Below, piece by piece: positions 62,600 to 64,000 of a stretch of 64,000 nucleotides of DNA. This stretch comes from Octopus sinensis (lineage: Eukaryota), in assembly GCF_006345805.1 (NCBI RefSeq), contig NC_043001.1:120900001-120964000 (forward strand), given 5' to 3'. The notes under the pieces are model-generated. The model searched no databases and was not told the origin of the DNA. It worked only from the letters and a program-made list of their open reading frames with translations. The translations under genes and the position numbers were made by a program. The stretch's first letter is position 1. The number at the start of each line of letters is the position of its first letter.

Positions 62600-63057
62600 T
62601 CATCATCATCATTTAACTTCCACTTTCCATGCTGGCATGGGTTGGACGATTTGACTGAGAACTGGCGAACCAGATGGTTGCACCAGGCTCCAATCTTGAT
62701 CTGGCAGAGTTTCTACAGCTCGATGCCCTTCCTAATGCCAACCACTCCGAGGGTGTAGTGGGTGCTTTTACATGCCACTGGCACAGGAGCCAGTCAGGCA
62801 GTACTGGCAACAACCTTGCTCGAATATTTTTTGAGCGAGGCCATTGTCAGTACCGCTTGACTGGCCCCTGTGCCGGTGGCAAGTAAAAGCACCCACTACA
62901 CTCTCGGAGTGGTTGGCGTTAGGAAGGGCATCGAGCTGTAGAAACTCTGCTAGATCAAGATTGGAGCCTGGTGCAACCATCTGGTTCGCCAGTTCTCAGT
63001 CAAATAGTCCAACCCATGCCAGCATGGAAAGTGGAAGTTAAATGATGATGATGATGA
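62600..63057. mobile_element. Head-to-head palindrome of two RTE family A 3' UTR ends
   Basis: Arms of about 225 bp, (CAT)n at the left end and (GAT)n at the right end, about 93% identical by eye. Confidence 0.9.
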
Positions 63058-63164
63058 TATATATATATATATTTATATGTATATATATACACATATAAAT
63101 ACCTATATATATACATATAAATGCATATATATATACATATAAATATATATATACATATATATAT

Positions 63165-64000
63165 TTATCCTGATATGGCCGATCTGGGCTGTATCAGTGA
63201 TGTCAACCCCCAACACACTATATCGGACATAACGTTTAGTGCCCCTGATGTCTTAGCGGCGATAAACGAAATAAAACACAATTCAGCAGTAGGCCCCGAT
63301 AGGTTCCCTGCTTGTGTCCTGAAGGTGTGTCGACACCAACTTGCATCTCCCCTTGCTAATCTGTGGAGAAACTCACTGGATGCTGGCTATATTCCAAAAA
63401 ACCTTCTGTCCCAGTCTGTTGTCCCAGTTTTCAAAAAGGGAAACAAGTCCCTTGCAGTGAACTACCGTCCGATCTCACTCACCTCTCATATCATCAAGGT
63501 ATTTGAGAGGGTGGTGAGATCTCGAATAACCCAATTTCTGGAAAGCAACAGATGGCTGATCTCCAACCAACATGGGTTCCGTAATGGAAGAGACTGCCTA
63601 ACGCAGCTCCTGCATCACTTTGATGACATTTTGAGAGCTTTGGGAGAGGGCTCCAACACCGATGTCATCTACCTTGATTTCAGTAAGGCCTTTGACAGGG
63701 TCGATCACAAGATCCTATTGAAAAAACTATCCAACATTGGTGTCTCTGGAAAGTTACTGAAATGGATCAAGTGTTTCCTGACAGACAGATCTCAACATGT
63801 TGTAGTTGAAGGGGTAAAATCAAGCCCAGCCAAAGTCAGTAGTGGCGTTCCGCAAGGCACTGTGCTGGGCCCACTTCTTTTCATCATTTACATTAATGAC
63901 ATTAATGACATCATCAAGCACAGCAACATAAAAATTTTTGCAGATGATTCCAAGCTACAGAAGGTCATAAATGAGGCGAGTGACCGGACATGCCTTCAGT
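63165..64000 (+). mobile_element. CR1-clade LINE reverse transcriptase, uninterrupted to the window end
   Basis: Open frame (63181 onward): SAVGPD...NYRPISLTS...QHGFR...YLDFSKAFDRVDH...SGVPQGTVLGPLLFIIYIND...IFADD. Absent from the ORF track because no stop occurs before the window end. Confidence 0.96.

Noticed and set aside
60873-64000. EIF4E3 exon 1 (expected HSxWTFW motif)
   Set aside because: No matching codons or donor were found on the minus strand; it probably lies beyond the window.

Overview
This is eukaryotic, very AT- and microsatellite-rich DNA. The SINE/LINE families and (TA)n/(CA)n/(AAT)n/(CAT)n density match what I recognise from octopus (coleoid cephalopod) genomes; this is an inference, not a database result. 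One host gene is supported: a minus-strand class III eIF4E (EIF4E3-like). Six GT-AG exons at 60872-60800, 57513-57419, 50006-49946, 47514-47448, 36813-36658 and 32203-32148 splice in frame into 168 aa plus stop. Exon 1 was not found and probably lies beyond base 64000. Most of the rest is transposon-derived: three RTE-clade LINE families, CR1-clade LINEs, several SINE families, mariner, pogo and hAT derivatives, a non-autonomous Helitron, and Penelope-like elements (PLEs). The main finding is a set of type I hammerhead ribozymes (HHRs) in four unrelated PLE-type terminal repeats inside EIF4E3 introns. (1) A canonical GUC HHR at 37067-37160. (2) An AUA HHR duplicated in a 403-bp near-perfect palindrome at 39159-39561. 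(3) A variant with the C3-G8 core pair swapped to G3-C8 in a perfect 294-bp palindrome at 44536-44829. (4) An HHR at 59877-59922 downstream of a tRNA-like segment and a GIY-YIG remnant. A fifth, decayed motif lies at about 48340-48405. Every intact ribozyme is either antisense to the host transcript or sits inside a palindrome. Several further young foldbacks and an amplified RTE 3' end array also occur. All alignments, counts and folds were done by eye. Transposon boundaries without a target-site duplication (TSD) are approximate. Almost all ORFs in the supplied track are microsatellite or transposon artefacts.
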